Of a stretch of 64,000 bases of DNA, positions 57,434 through 64,000 are shown piece after piece. The notes beneath the pieces are model-generated. The model was not told where the DNA came from, made no database searches, and saw nothing but the letters and a program-made list of their open reading frames with translations. This stretch comes from a phage. The translations under genes were made by a program, and so were the position numbers. The stretch lies in sequence record QB031383.1; one strand, given 5' to 3'. Position 1 is the first letter of the stretch; the number at the start of each line of letters is the position of its first letter.

Positions 57434-57511
57434 GGGACTCGGCAGGATTCGATACCTGCAATTCCAGAAGCCTCTTGGCGACTGGGGGGTTTACCTTAAC
57501 TCTACAAGTCC
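57434..57511 (-). ncRNA. tRNA-like element with 8-nt T-loop and no recognisable anticodon arm (possible pseudo-tRNA)
   Basis: 7-bp acceptor GGACTTG/CGAGTCC and T-arm GCAGG-TATCGAAT-CCTGC; internal region forms a long imperfect hairpin instead. Confidence 0.3.
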
Positions 57512-57518
57512 ATAATTC

Positions 57519-57604
57519 TGGCGATGAGTATAGGATTTGAACCTATATCGTTCTTTCGAACACGGATTAACAGTCCGCCGCTTAAACCATTCAGCCAACT
57601 CATC
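57519..57604 (-). tRNA. tRNA-Asn (anticodon GTT) with an unusually long variable arm
   Basis: Perfect acceptor GATGAGT/ACTCATC, Asn-type anticodon arm GCGGA-CTGTTAA-TCCGT, discriminator G, CCA encoded; 15-nt variable region GTTC-GAAA-GAAC. Confidence 0.55.
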
Positions 57605-57610
57605 TTAATT

Positions 57611-57698
57611 TGGTGGTGAGTGATGGAGTCGAACCACCCGAATCGCAATGATAACAGATTTACAGTCTGCCCCGCTACCCCTACGGAATTAACTCACC
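57611..57698 (-). tRNA. tRNA-Tyr (anticodon GTA), type II
   Basis: Acceptor GGTGAGT/ACTCACC, anticodon arm GCAGA-CTGTAAA-TCTGT, long variable arm, T-loop TTCGACT, CCA encoded. Confidence 0.65.
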
Positions 57699-57828
57699 TA
57701 AATACTAATATTTAAATTCTTTTTAAAATAGCCAGTGTTCACACCACTAACTATGAGTTATCGGTAAAGTGGTTACCGCCACTTGCCGAAGATTTACTCT
57801 GCTAAAGTAAGCTATATTAAAAAGAACT

Positions 57829-57914
57829 TGGCGGTAGATGTAGGACTCGAACCTACACGCCGTTTCCGACTACAGTTTAGCAAACTGTCGTGGCTACCAT
57901 TTCACCAATCTACC
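57829..57914 (-). tRNA. tRNA-Ser (anticodon GCT), type II
   Basis: Acceptor GGTAGAT/ATCTACC, anticodon stem ACAGT/ACTGT with loop TTGCTAA, long variable arm, T-arm GTAGG-TTCGAGT-CCTAC, CCA encoded. Confidence 0.7.
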
Positions 57915-57918
57915 AATC

Positions 57919-58009
57919 TGGCGGAAGGAGGGAGAGTCGAACTCCCAAGGCTCTTTCAAGCTCGGCGGTTTTCAAGACCGTTTTCGTCGCCACGTCGATT
58001 TGCCCTTCC
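57919..58009 (-). tRNA. tRNA-Ser (anticodon TGA), type II
   Basis: Acceptor GGAAGGG/TCCTTCC, anticodon loop CTTGAAA, long variable arm, T-arm GGGAG-TTCGACT-CTCCC, CCA encoded; D-arm atypical. Confidence 0.55.
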
Positions 58010-58018
58010 ATACTTATA

Positions 58019-58047
58019 ATCTAACATAAAATAATGTTAGTTGTCAA
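58019..58047 (-). promoter_or_regulatory. promoter-like element (aCTATTGACAa, -10-like TTAGAT) upstream of tRNA-Ser
   Basis: Minus strand TTGACA-17-TTAGAT; shares the TATG-TTAG block with the 58605 copy. Confidence 0.5.
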
Positions 58048-58243
58048 TAGTTTTTTAAAACATTTTACCATGAATGGTGACTCCACCAACCCCCGTTCTC
58101 AACGAACGGTGCTCTTCGAGCATTTATGTCTTCTAATATAACCGTGGCCTTTGTTTATAATGTCTGACATACTTGCCTCATTCTCTGCCACCATGATCAG
58201 TAGTGGGTTCAAATCACTTGAGCTAATTCATGTTAAAATGTTC

Positions 58244-58318
58244 TGGTGTCTTTACAAGGAATCGAACCTTGACTAAGAGTTTAGAAGACTCCTGTGCTAT
58301 CCATTACACCATAAAGAC
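58244..58318 (-). tRNA. tRNA-Arg (anticodon TCT)
   Basis: Acceptor GTCTTTA/TAAAGAC, D-arm GTGT-AATGGATA-GCAC, anticodon loop CTTCTAA, T-arm CAAGG-TTCGATT-CCTTG, CCA encoded. Confidence 0.7.
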
Positions 58319-58320
58319 GT

Positions 58321-58395
58321 TGGTGGCCCTGGCTGGTTTCGATCCAGCTACCTATCGGTTATGAGCCGACAGCTCTCCCATTGAGCTACAGGGCC
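58321..58395 (-). tRNA. tRNA with CAT anticodon (Met or lysidine-type Ile2)
   Basis: Acceptor GGCCCTG/CAGGGCC, D-arm GCTC-AATGGGA-GAGC, anticodon loop CTCATAA, non-canonical T-loop ATCGAAA, CCA encoded. Confidence 0.6.
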
Positions 58396-58604
58396 ATAAA
58401 TGTGGTAACAGAGACGCTGACGATTGTAGAGAACCGCTACATTCTCTAAGACCAAGCCCAACTTTCAGCGTAAAAGTTCTTGAGCCGAGACTATTCCTTT
58501 TCCTCTTTGGTAGCTAACCTCTGAAGAAGTAGTCTCTAACACTACCGCAGTGCAAGCCCCTCTTAACAAAAGTCAACGACCCTGTTACCACACTTGATGA
58601 ACGT

Positions 58605-58633
58605 ATCCTAACATATGAAGGATACGTTTGTCA
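58605..58633 (-). promoter_or_regulatory. promoter-like element (aCTATTGACAa, -10-like TTAGGA) at the upstream end of the tRNA array
   Basis: Minus strand TTGACA-17-TTAGGA; would transcribe the structured spacer and the tRNAs. Confidence 0.45.
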
Positions 58634-58641
58634 ATAGTTAT

Positions 58642-58890
58642 TTAAGCATATTCTGCTACTTCTTCACTATCTTTCTTTTCCAGAAGAGCAACAACCAAAG
58701 CTTCTGCGTTAAAAGTATTAATTTCAAGATCCATCTCTCGCATCAGAGCCAAGAAATCAATAACTTTAACATCTTTAGTGATTACAATAGAAGTTGTACC
58801 ATTGTTTTCAGATGTGTATTTTTCTGGATGGAAAAGAAAAACTGCATTGCCGTTACCATCTTCAAACACGTGTTTTTCTAATAGAGACAT
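58642..58890 (-). CDS. hypothetical protein
   Basis: Start set at the internal ATG preceded by AGGAGGAAC (82 aa) rather than the longer track ORF. Confidence 0.4.
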   Translation of the reverse strand: MSLLEKHVFEDGNGNAVFLFHPEKYTSENNGTTSIVITKDVKVIDFLALMREMDLEINTFNAEALVVALLEKKDSEEVAEYA

Positions 58891-58898
58891 TGTTCCTC

Positions 58899-59150
58899 CT
58901 AATCTGTTAGTTGTTCGTCCTCTACCAAGTTTGACACGAGAACGTCTGTTATACATTGATGCTGATAAACCCTTTCGGGACTATCATCAAAAGCCAAACC
59001 TGTGCAAATAGAACAGAGGTCTGATTCCTTGATGACTCCATTTTTATCACGTCTGGAGTGGTTTGTCAAATGCCTATTACAAGCACGGCACCTAAAATAA
59101 AAGCTATTTTGCATATATCCTTCGAACCCCAAATGGGGAGTGATCGGCAT
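58899..59150 (-). CDS. hypothetical Zn-finger protein
   Basis: 83 aa; CRACN...CSIC cysteine pairs. Confidence 0.4.
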   Translation of the reverse strand: MPITPHLGFEGYMQNSFYFRCRACNRHLTNHSRRDKNGVIKESDLCSICTGLAFDDSPERVYQHQCITDVLVSNLVEDEQLTD

Positions 59151-59187
59151 CTCCTCACTTCTAGTTTAGCACGAAGGATATCTTAAG

Positions 59188-59373
59188 TCAACTAGGAATA
59201 ATTTTATCCTTTTTGGTTTCATAACCAGTCCAATCTAAATCCTCCCAGCCTTCATCATCGTCTAACACATTGTCATCATCATAAGATGCAATGTTATAAA
59301 TAGAACGTGGATTACAAGACATACAATCTTTAATAGGCACATGATGCCATTTGCACGGATTCTCGCTAATCAT
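59188..59373 (-). CDS. hypothetical small acidic protein
   Basis: 61 aa; GGAGGTG RBS; first gene of the leftward unit leaving the divergent region. Confidence 0.45.
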   Translation of the reverse strand: MISENPCKWHHVPIKDCMSCNPRSIYNIASYDDDNVLDDDEGWEDLDWTGYETKKDKIIPS

Positions 59374-59405
59374 TGCACACCTCCATTCTTGTTAAGATGT
59401 TCCGT

Positions 59406-59434
59406 ACTGTACTTCATACTGATCTATAGATCAA
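59406..59434 (-). promoter_or_regulatory. leftward promoter candidate (TTGATC-17-TACAGT) in the divergent control region
   Basis: Read on the reverse complement; spacer contains the palindrome GATCTATAGATC. Confidence 0.45.
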
Positions 59435-59781
59435 GTATTATTTATAATAATTTATTATTTTATTTTTAATTGATAGAAGTTGATCTGTACGTACCAGTTC
59501 TGATACACTGTACCTGTTTGTTAGATCTAATAATTATTTATTATTAATATTTAATAATTATTAATCTAGTACGGAGTACAGTACTTGAGTACAGAGTACT
59601 ACATCAACAACCTAAAACCTTAACTCGCTGCGCTCGTTAATAGATTTCTAGGGTAGCATACTTCGAACACAAAAGTCAAGAGTTTTATTAAAAATTATTT
59701 TCTGTGTGCAAAAACCTTGCTTAAACAGGTAGCAATAGTATAGCCTATAACATAAGCTTCATAAGAGGCTCGTAGAGCAAG

Positions 59782-59810
59782 TTTACTTACTAGGTAAGGT
59801 GATTTATCAT
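59782..59810 (+). promoter_or_regulatory. rightward promoter candidate (TTTACT-17-TATCAT)
   Basis: Upstream of the first plus-strand small gene (RBS AGGAGG, ATG 59855). Confidence 0.35.
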
Positions 59811-59854
59811 CTTATATATAAAAAGTGAGTCAGAGACGCGTTTAGGAGGCTAGA

Positions 59855-60178
59855 ATGAGATTTACAAGACAAGAGGTAGTTGTGCTGGACGAAGCAATGA
59901 CAATGATCGTCTTTTACTATGAGGATATCTTCTGTGCAGCATATCATTTAAATGACATTCAGATTGAATGGCAGCAGATAGCATTCCTGTTGGACAAGAG
60001 TAATCATTTGGATGGCTTTGAGTATTTGGAGTGGGATGGTGCAAAGGAAGTTAAAATTGTAGGGTTAAATCACGATCAGATTGTTGACATGCAATGTAAG
60101 TTGTGTCATTATCAGTTCTCAAACAAAGTCAAACTCGAAAGGCAATTGGAGGTGGTTAAAGATGATAGCACTAATTAG
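59855..60178 (+). CDS. hypothetical protein
   Basis: 107 aa ORF with TAGGAGG RBS. Confidence 0.45.
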   Translation: MRFTRQEVVVLDEAMTMIVFYYEDIFCAAYHLNDIQIEWQQIAFLLDKSNHLDGFEYLEWDGAKEVKIVGLNHDQIVDMQCKLCHYQFSNKVKLERQLEVVKDDSTN

Positions 60179-60274
60179 TGAGAATCCAGTCCTGACAACA
60201 ATTGTTCTGATTTTTGCCATGTGTGTGGTTCACGATATTCTGGTAAGTTATTTTGACAACAAAGGAGGTAAGAA

Positions 60275-60469
60275 ATGAAAGACGTTATTCAAATGGTATT
60301 CCGTGTAACTCTAGATGGTATACACGTTGTTAAAGGCACACAGAACTACACAGAAGCGAAAGAATACTTCTTAGAGTGGATTGATACACTGAAGACACAA
60401 GATGTGTCCTACAGCCGTGTTACGCTTACTGGCGACCATACCCCAATCATGGAGTACGTAAAGAAATGA
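60275..60469 (+). CDS. hypothetical protein
   Basis: 64 aa; AAAGGAGG RBS. Confidence 0.4.
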   Translation: MKDVIQMVFRVTLDGIHVVKGTQNYTEAKEYFLEWIDTLKTQDVSYSRVTLTGDHTPIMEYVKK

Positions 60470-60705
60470 GCAACTATCCAATTACAGGCGTAACCTATTC
60501 TTGTGTATCAAAAGGTGGTTTATATACAGTAGTGGAATTTCCAAAACCTGCCGGAATATCTAAAGTGTTTGATCCTGTGGTTATCTATGAAGATCTTAGA
60601 ACAGGTCAACGTTACTGGAGATTTGTGAATGACTTTTTAGATCGTATGGAGGTAGTAAGTGGCGAAAACACCGAAGAAGTTATCAAAGCCAAAGAACGTT
60701 ACTAA
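60466..60705 (+). CDS. hypothetical protein
   Basis: 79 aa; ATG overlaps upstream stop (ATGA). Confidence 0.4.
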   Translation: MSNYPITGVTYSCVSKGGLYTVVEFPKPAGISKVFDPVVIYEDLRTGQRYWRFVNDFLDRMEVVSGENTEEVIKAKERY

Positions 60706-61012
60706 GAAACCGAAAAACGAGGTTCTCAAAGTAGCTAAATCAGTTCCTAAGAAAGATAAATTTGATACGGAGGCATTCGTCTTTGACACACCAATCGAGA
60801 AGATTGAAGAAGCGTTGCAACGTCTTGAGGAGCAGGAGGCAGATCCAATGGCTGAACCACTCACGGCAGACCAAATTTATTGGTGGGGAATATGGACTTT
60901 GCAACTGCCAGAAGCAAAAAGAAGAGGAATGACTTCAGTTCCTACTTGTGCAAAAGAAGCGGCTGTGTTAGGTTTGTATGAGAAATCTAAAAAGAGGAGC
61001 AAAAAGAAATGA
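60659..61012 (+). CDS. hypothetical lysine-rich protein
   Basis: GTG start after GGAGG; KKxK-rich N- and C-termini (possible nucleic-acid binding). Confidence 0.4.
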   Translation: MAKTPKKLSKPKNVTKKPKNEVLKVAKSVPKKDKFDTEAFVFDTPIEKIEEALQRLEEQEADPMAEPLTADQIYWWGIWTLQLPEAKRRGMTSVPTCAKEAAVLGLYEKSKKRSKKK

Positions 61013-61290
61013 TCAAGACTTTTCTGAAGTGTGTAAAAGCAACAGATAATGAGTGGTACTCTGGATTATTCACTGCTGGCAAGAAATACGAGATCCTCAA
61101 CGGGACAGGCAAGAAGTTTTCTCTCGTTGTAAACGATGAAGGCACGAAGCAAATGGTATTTGCTGAAAGTTCTGTTTATGGTATTTTTGAAGTAGTGCAA
61201 GAAGGCTCTCCAATGATTCTGGAGTATCATGGCACTAATAAACCATATACTGCTATGGATGTTATCAACAACAAGAGGAATGCAAAATGA
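61009..61290 (+). CDS. hypothetical protein
   Basis: 93 aa; overlapping start/stop. Confidence 0.45.
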   Translation: MIKTFLKCVKATDNEWYSGLFTAGKKYEILNGTGKKFSLVVNDEGTKQMVFAESSVYGIFEVVQEGSPMILEYHGTNKPYTAMDVINNKRNAK

Positions 61291-61469
61291 TTTTACTATA
61301 TTCCGGTAAGGCAAAATACATGCAAGGTGTTAAACGTGTAGAGGTTACTAAGACAGTAACAATCGGGAAATCTTTTATCGTTTATTATTTCCTTGTTAAT
61401 GGGAAGGAGTATGCTGTAGCAAAGACCTTGGTTGATAAGGGTAAAACGTGGAAAGTGGAGGCACTATGA
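61287..61469 (+). CDS. hypothetical protein
   Basis: 60 aa; coupled to neighbours. Confidence 0.35.
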   Translation: MILLYSGKAKYMQGVKRVEVTKTVTIGKSFIVYYFLVNGKEYAVAKTLVDKGKTWKVEAL

Positions 61470-61672
61470 TCCCTATAGCTGGGTGGGTGGTATTGGCAAC
61501 ACTTAATGGGAATGTTACTGTGGAGACTAAAACCATCTTCAAAGCACCAGAAGATTGCTATAACTCCTTGGTAACTTGGCCTCGTGATGAGGATGATAAG
61601 TCAGAGTATCAGTGTTTTTACATTGAGGGTAATCCTGTAGAATTTGAGGTTAAAGTGAAGGAGGAAAAATGA
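61448..61672 (+). CDS. hypothetical protein
   Basis: 74 aa; GGAGG RBS. Confidence 0.4.
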   Translation: MESGGTMIPIAGWVVLATLNGNVTVETKTIFKAPEDCYNSLVTWPRDEDDKSEYQCFYIEGNPVEFEVKVKEEK

Positions 61673-62139
61673 GAATTAAAGTAACTAAAGCTTACGATGA
61701 TAACCCGAAGTTTATCTCTTTGAATAAGAGTTATGGTGTAGAAAACGGCGATGAGTTCGAGGTTATCGATCTTTTTGAGGATCACGGGTATATTGTCAAA
61801 GCCCCAATCACAGAGCAGGCTATTATCATCTTACGCACAGAGGCTGTTGAGGTAGGTTCTGATGAGCCTCAATATGACAGCCCATACATGACAGAGTGGA
61901 TCGTAGCTGTGGATGTTGGAGGTATGGTTTCTGTACTGGAAGCTCCTAATCTCCATCCTGGTTTTACAGAGAACGGTAAGACAGCTTTGGATTATGGGTT
62001 GCCAGAAGATGTTGAGAATACACCGCCAGGTATGTACCGTTGGATTTGCTCTTTCCATGAAGAGAAGGATTGGGAATCAGGACTTGTTGATGATTGGCAT
62101 TTTGAAGTGGAAAGTTCTTTTTTGATCATGCCAGCTTAA
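61669..62139 (+). CDS. hypothetical protein
   Basis: 156 aa; AAGGAGGAAAA RBS. Confidence 0.45.
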   Translation: MRIKVTKAYDDNPKFISLNKSYGVENGDEFEVIDLFEDHGYIVKAPITEQAIIILRTEAVEVGSDEPQYDSPYMTEWIVAVDVGGMVSVLEAPNLHPGFTENGKTALDYGLPEDVENTPPGMYRWICSFHEEKDWESGLVDDWHFEVESSFLIMPA

Positions 62140-62149
62140 AGGAGGTTAT

Positions 62150-62494
62150 ATGAAAGTTTGGATAGATGATATGCGGAACCCAGCCGACTATGGACAGGAA
62201 GATGCAATTTGGTTTAAAACGTCACAAGAAGCTATGGCCTTTCTCAATGATCCTGCTAAACTGTATCGAAGAGTAACCGAGTGGTCTTTTGACAATGATT
62301 TAGGTATGGAGTCAGACCAAGATGGGTATGATGTTTTCCTGCACCTGGAAGAACTTCTGGCGTTTGGTAAACCTTGCTTTGGTTCACCTACCATTTTCGT
62401 GCATACTTCTAATCCCGCCGCTGGGGATAAATTCATGCTTGCAAAAGAATCCATGCAGCGTTATGGTATTAAAATGATTCGTGTGCACTACTAA
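62150..62494 (+). CDS. hypothetical protein
   Basis: 114 aa; AAGGAGG RBS. Confidence 0.45.
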   Translation: MKVWIDDMRNPADYGQEDAIWFKTSQEAMAFLNDPAKLYRRVTEWSFDNDLGMESDQDGYDVFLHLEELLAFGKPCFGSPTIFVHTSNPAAGDKFMLAKESMQRYGIKMIRVHY

Positions 62495-62653
62495 GGAGAG
62501 AACATGCATCATTCGGTTTGGTCGGAACAAGAAGAGGACGAAGGTTACTTTATCTACAGAGAAGAAGAGGATTGGCCCGACACAAGCAATGATCTTTTAC
62601 TTCCAGATACTAGTTTTTTCGAGGATAATTTAAGAGAGGAGGATTAGGAAACA

Positions 62654-63010
62654 ATGAGTGGTATTGAAAACAACATTTGTTACCAACCTCTTACCTGGAT
62701 GGGTGAGGGTCATTATGCGCAACGTGTTATCGTCTGTGCTGCAAATAAGTATATTTTGAATAATGGTGAAGAATTAATTATTCCTTGTGTTCGACATGCA
62801 AATCCTGTACTATATGCACAGTTAAACGTGTTGAAAGAAGCAGGTGTAATCAACAAAACTTTGTGCACACCAGATAATCAAGGCTTTATCGATCAGTATT
62901 ACAATTGGTGGAGTCGTGCGGATGCTTACATCATCGCGGAAAATGCTGACCAGATCGACCATGAGCGTAATGGTCACGACCATGAATTATTTAGCGAGGG
63001 ATTATACTAA
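62654..63010 (+). CDS. hypothetical protein
   Basis: 118 aa; GAGAGGAGGA RBS; several Cys/His. Confidence 0.45.
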   Translation: MSGIENNICYQPLTWMGEGHYAQRVIVCAANKYILNNGEELIIPCVRHANPVLYAQLNVLKEAGVINKTLCTPDNQGFIDQYYNWWSRADAYIIAENADQIDHERNGHDHELFSEGLY

Positions 63011-63561
63011 TGTTTATTACAAGCGATTTGCATTTTATGCATAAACGTATTCGAGAGTTTGCTCCTGAATATCGTCCGTGGGAAGATATGGACCACATGA
63101 CAGAAGCCTTGATCGAAGCATGGAACAAATGTGCTACTACTCCTGGTGTTAAGATGTGGCATTTGGGCGACTTCTGTTTCGGAACTGAAGAAGATACCCG
63201 TAAAATTGCTTCCCGTCTCCAAGGAGATATCACCTACTGTGTTGGGAACCATGACTACAGCAAACACCGAGAAGTGCTTGCAGAGTATGGAGAAGTGGTG
63301 TATTATGACGAAGTGAAATATCAGAAGCTGTTCTTCGTCTTAAGCCATTACCCTATGGCCTCCTGGAATAAACAAGGTCGTGGATCAATCATGCTACACG
63401 GGCATTCCCACGGATCTTTCCCTGATGAAGCTTATGGTAAAATGTTAGATGTGGGTTGGGATGCACACGGAAAAATCTTGCATTTTGATGAGATAATTTC
63501 TATGATGAGTAAACGAGATATCGTGACTGTAGACCATCACAAAATAATCAAAGGAGAGTAA
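63010..63561 (+). CDS. metallophosphoesterase (calcineurin-like phosphatase family)
   Basis: 183 aa; ordered metal-binding motifs DLHF.H, GDFCFG, GNHD, HGHSHG. Confidence 0.65.
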   Translation: MFITSDLHFMHKRIREFAPEYRPWEDMDHMTEALIEAWNKCATTPGVKMWHLGDFCFGTEEDTRKIASRLQGDITYCVGNHDYSKHREVLAEYGEVVYYDEVKYQKLFFVLSHYPMASWNKQGRGSIMLHGHSHGSFPDEAYGKMLDVGWDAHGKILHFDEIISMMSKRDIVTVDHHKIIKGE

Positions 63562-63562
63562 T

Positions 63563-64000
63563 GTGGCTAAATTTAATTGCGACGATTTGGTTGAAAAAGG
63601 TTTAGTTCATAAGAAAACATATAAAGAAGGAGAGTATTCTGGTCTATCTGTTCTTAAGTATAAGAACAAAGTTTTCTGGGATAACTTATGGAGCATTGAT
63701 TCTCGTCTTCTAGAATGTCGAGGAATCGTTGTTGATGCGGATGACAATGTTGTTATTTGGCCTTTCACTAAGATTTTTAATCGTTTTGAGAATGGCACAG
63801 ACCTACCAGAGGATGAATTTGTAGATGTGGTTCGTAAAGTAAATGGTTTTATGGCCTCTGTGGGTGTATATAAAGGTCAACTTATTGTATCGACAACAGG
63901 AAGCCTTGAATCAGATTTTGCAAGTATTGCAAAGAATCGTATTGTTTCAGAGTGTGATGACATAGAACATTTCATCAAATGGACAGAGAGTGCAAAAGCA
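63563..64000 (+). CDS. RNA ligase, T4 Rnl1-like (N-terminal part; continues beyond window)
   Basis: GTG start after AAGGAGAG; LECRGI block and motif I-like lysine KVNG (T4 Rnl1 has KEDG), STTGS block; open to the window end. Confidence 0.55.
   Translation, partial: MAKFNCDDLVEKGLVHKKTYKEGEYSGLSVLKYKNKVFWDNLWSIDSRLLECRGIVVDADDNVVIWPFTKIFNRFENGTDLPEDEFVDVVRKVNGFMASVGVYKGQLIVSTTGSLESDFASIAKNRIVSECDDIEHFIKWTESAKA

Noticed and set aside
57783-58019. Plus-strand 78-aa ORF
   Set aside because: Overlaps both tRNA-Ser genes on the opposite strand; no RBS.
58195-58230. Plus-strand GGGTTCAAATC T-loop-like sequence
   Set aside because: No matching acceptor, D or anticodon stems could be built on the plus strand; treated as part of the structured spacer.
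58400-58470. Possible tRNA ending in CCA at 58403-58405 (minus strand)
   Set aside because: No T-arm or anticodon arm; the paired segments form a simple nested hairpin of about 58 nt.
1-64000. CRISPR array, integrase/excisionase, attachment site or transposase
   Set aside because: No regularly spaced direct repeats and no recombinase-like ORFs were found; organisation is that of a lytic phage.

Overview
The window reads as a contiguous piece of a virulent-looking tailed dsDNA phage genome (contractile-tail morphology inferred), AT-rich by eye; no integrase, transposase or CRISPR array was seen. Everything below is from reading the sequence and ORF track by hand; no searches or folding programs were run. 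Layout: (1) 1-17.8 kb, plus strand: a Ter-like stress-response cluster (TelA-like, vWA, TerD-like, duplicated small proteins), a secreted SleB-like cell-wall hydrolase, four glycosyltransferase-like genes, a T7 gp4-like primase-helicase, a DNA methyltransferase, a family A DNA polymerase, a small CCA-enzyme-like nucleotidyltransferase and an SSB. (2) 17.8-55 kb, minus strand: the late/structural operon, ending in a terminase large subunit that carries a mini-intein in its Walker A motif, with a -1 frameshift site in the tail chaperone upstream of the tape measure gene. (3) 55-55.6 kb: overlapping i-/o-spanin genes, which argue for a Gram-negative host. (4) 56.4-58.4 kb, minus strand: a tRNA array (12 assignable tRNAs plus 2 tRNA-like elements) with a repeated promoter-like motif. 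(5) 59.4-59.85 kb: an AT-rich palindromic divergent control region. (6) 59.85-64 kb, plus strand: small early-type genes ending in a metallophosphoesterase and the N-terminus of a T4 Rnl1-like RNA ligase. The most interesting candidates for undescribed biology are the phage-borne Ter-like cluster, the glycosyltransferase block, the nucleotidyltransferase with an SSB-like tail, and the phosphoesterase/RNA-ligase pair beside an unusual tRNA array.
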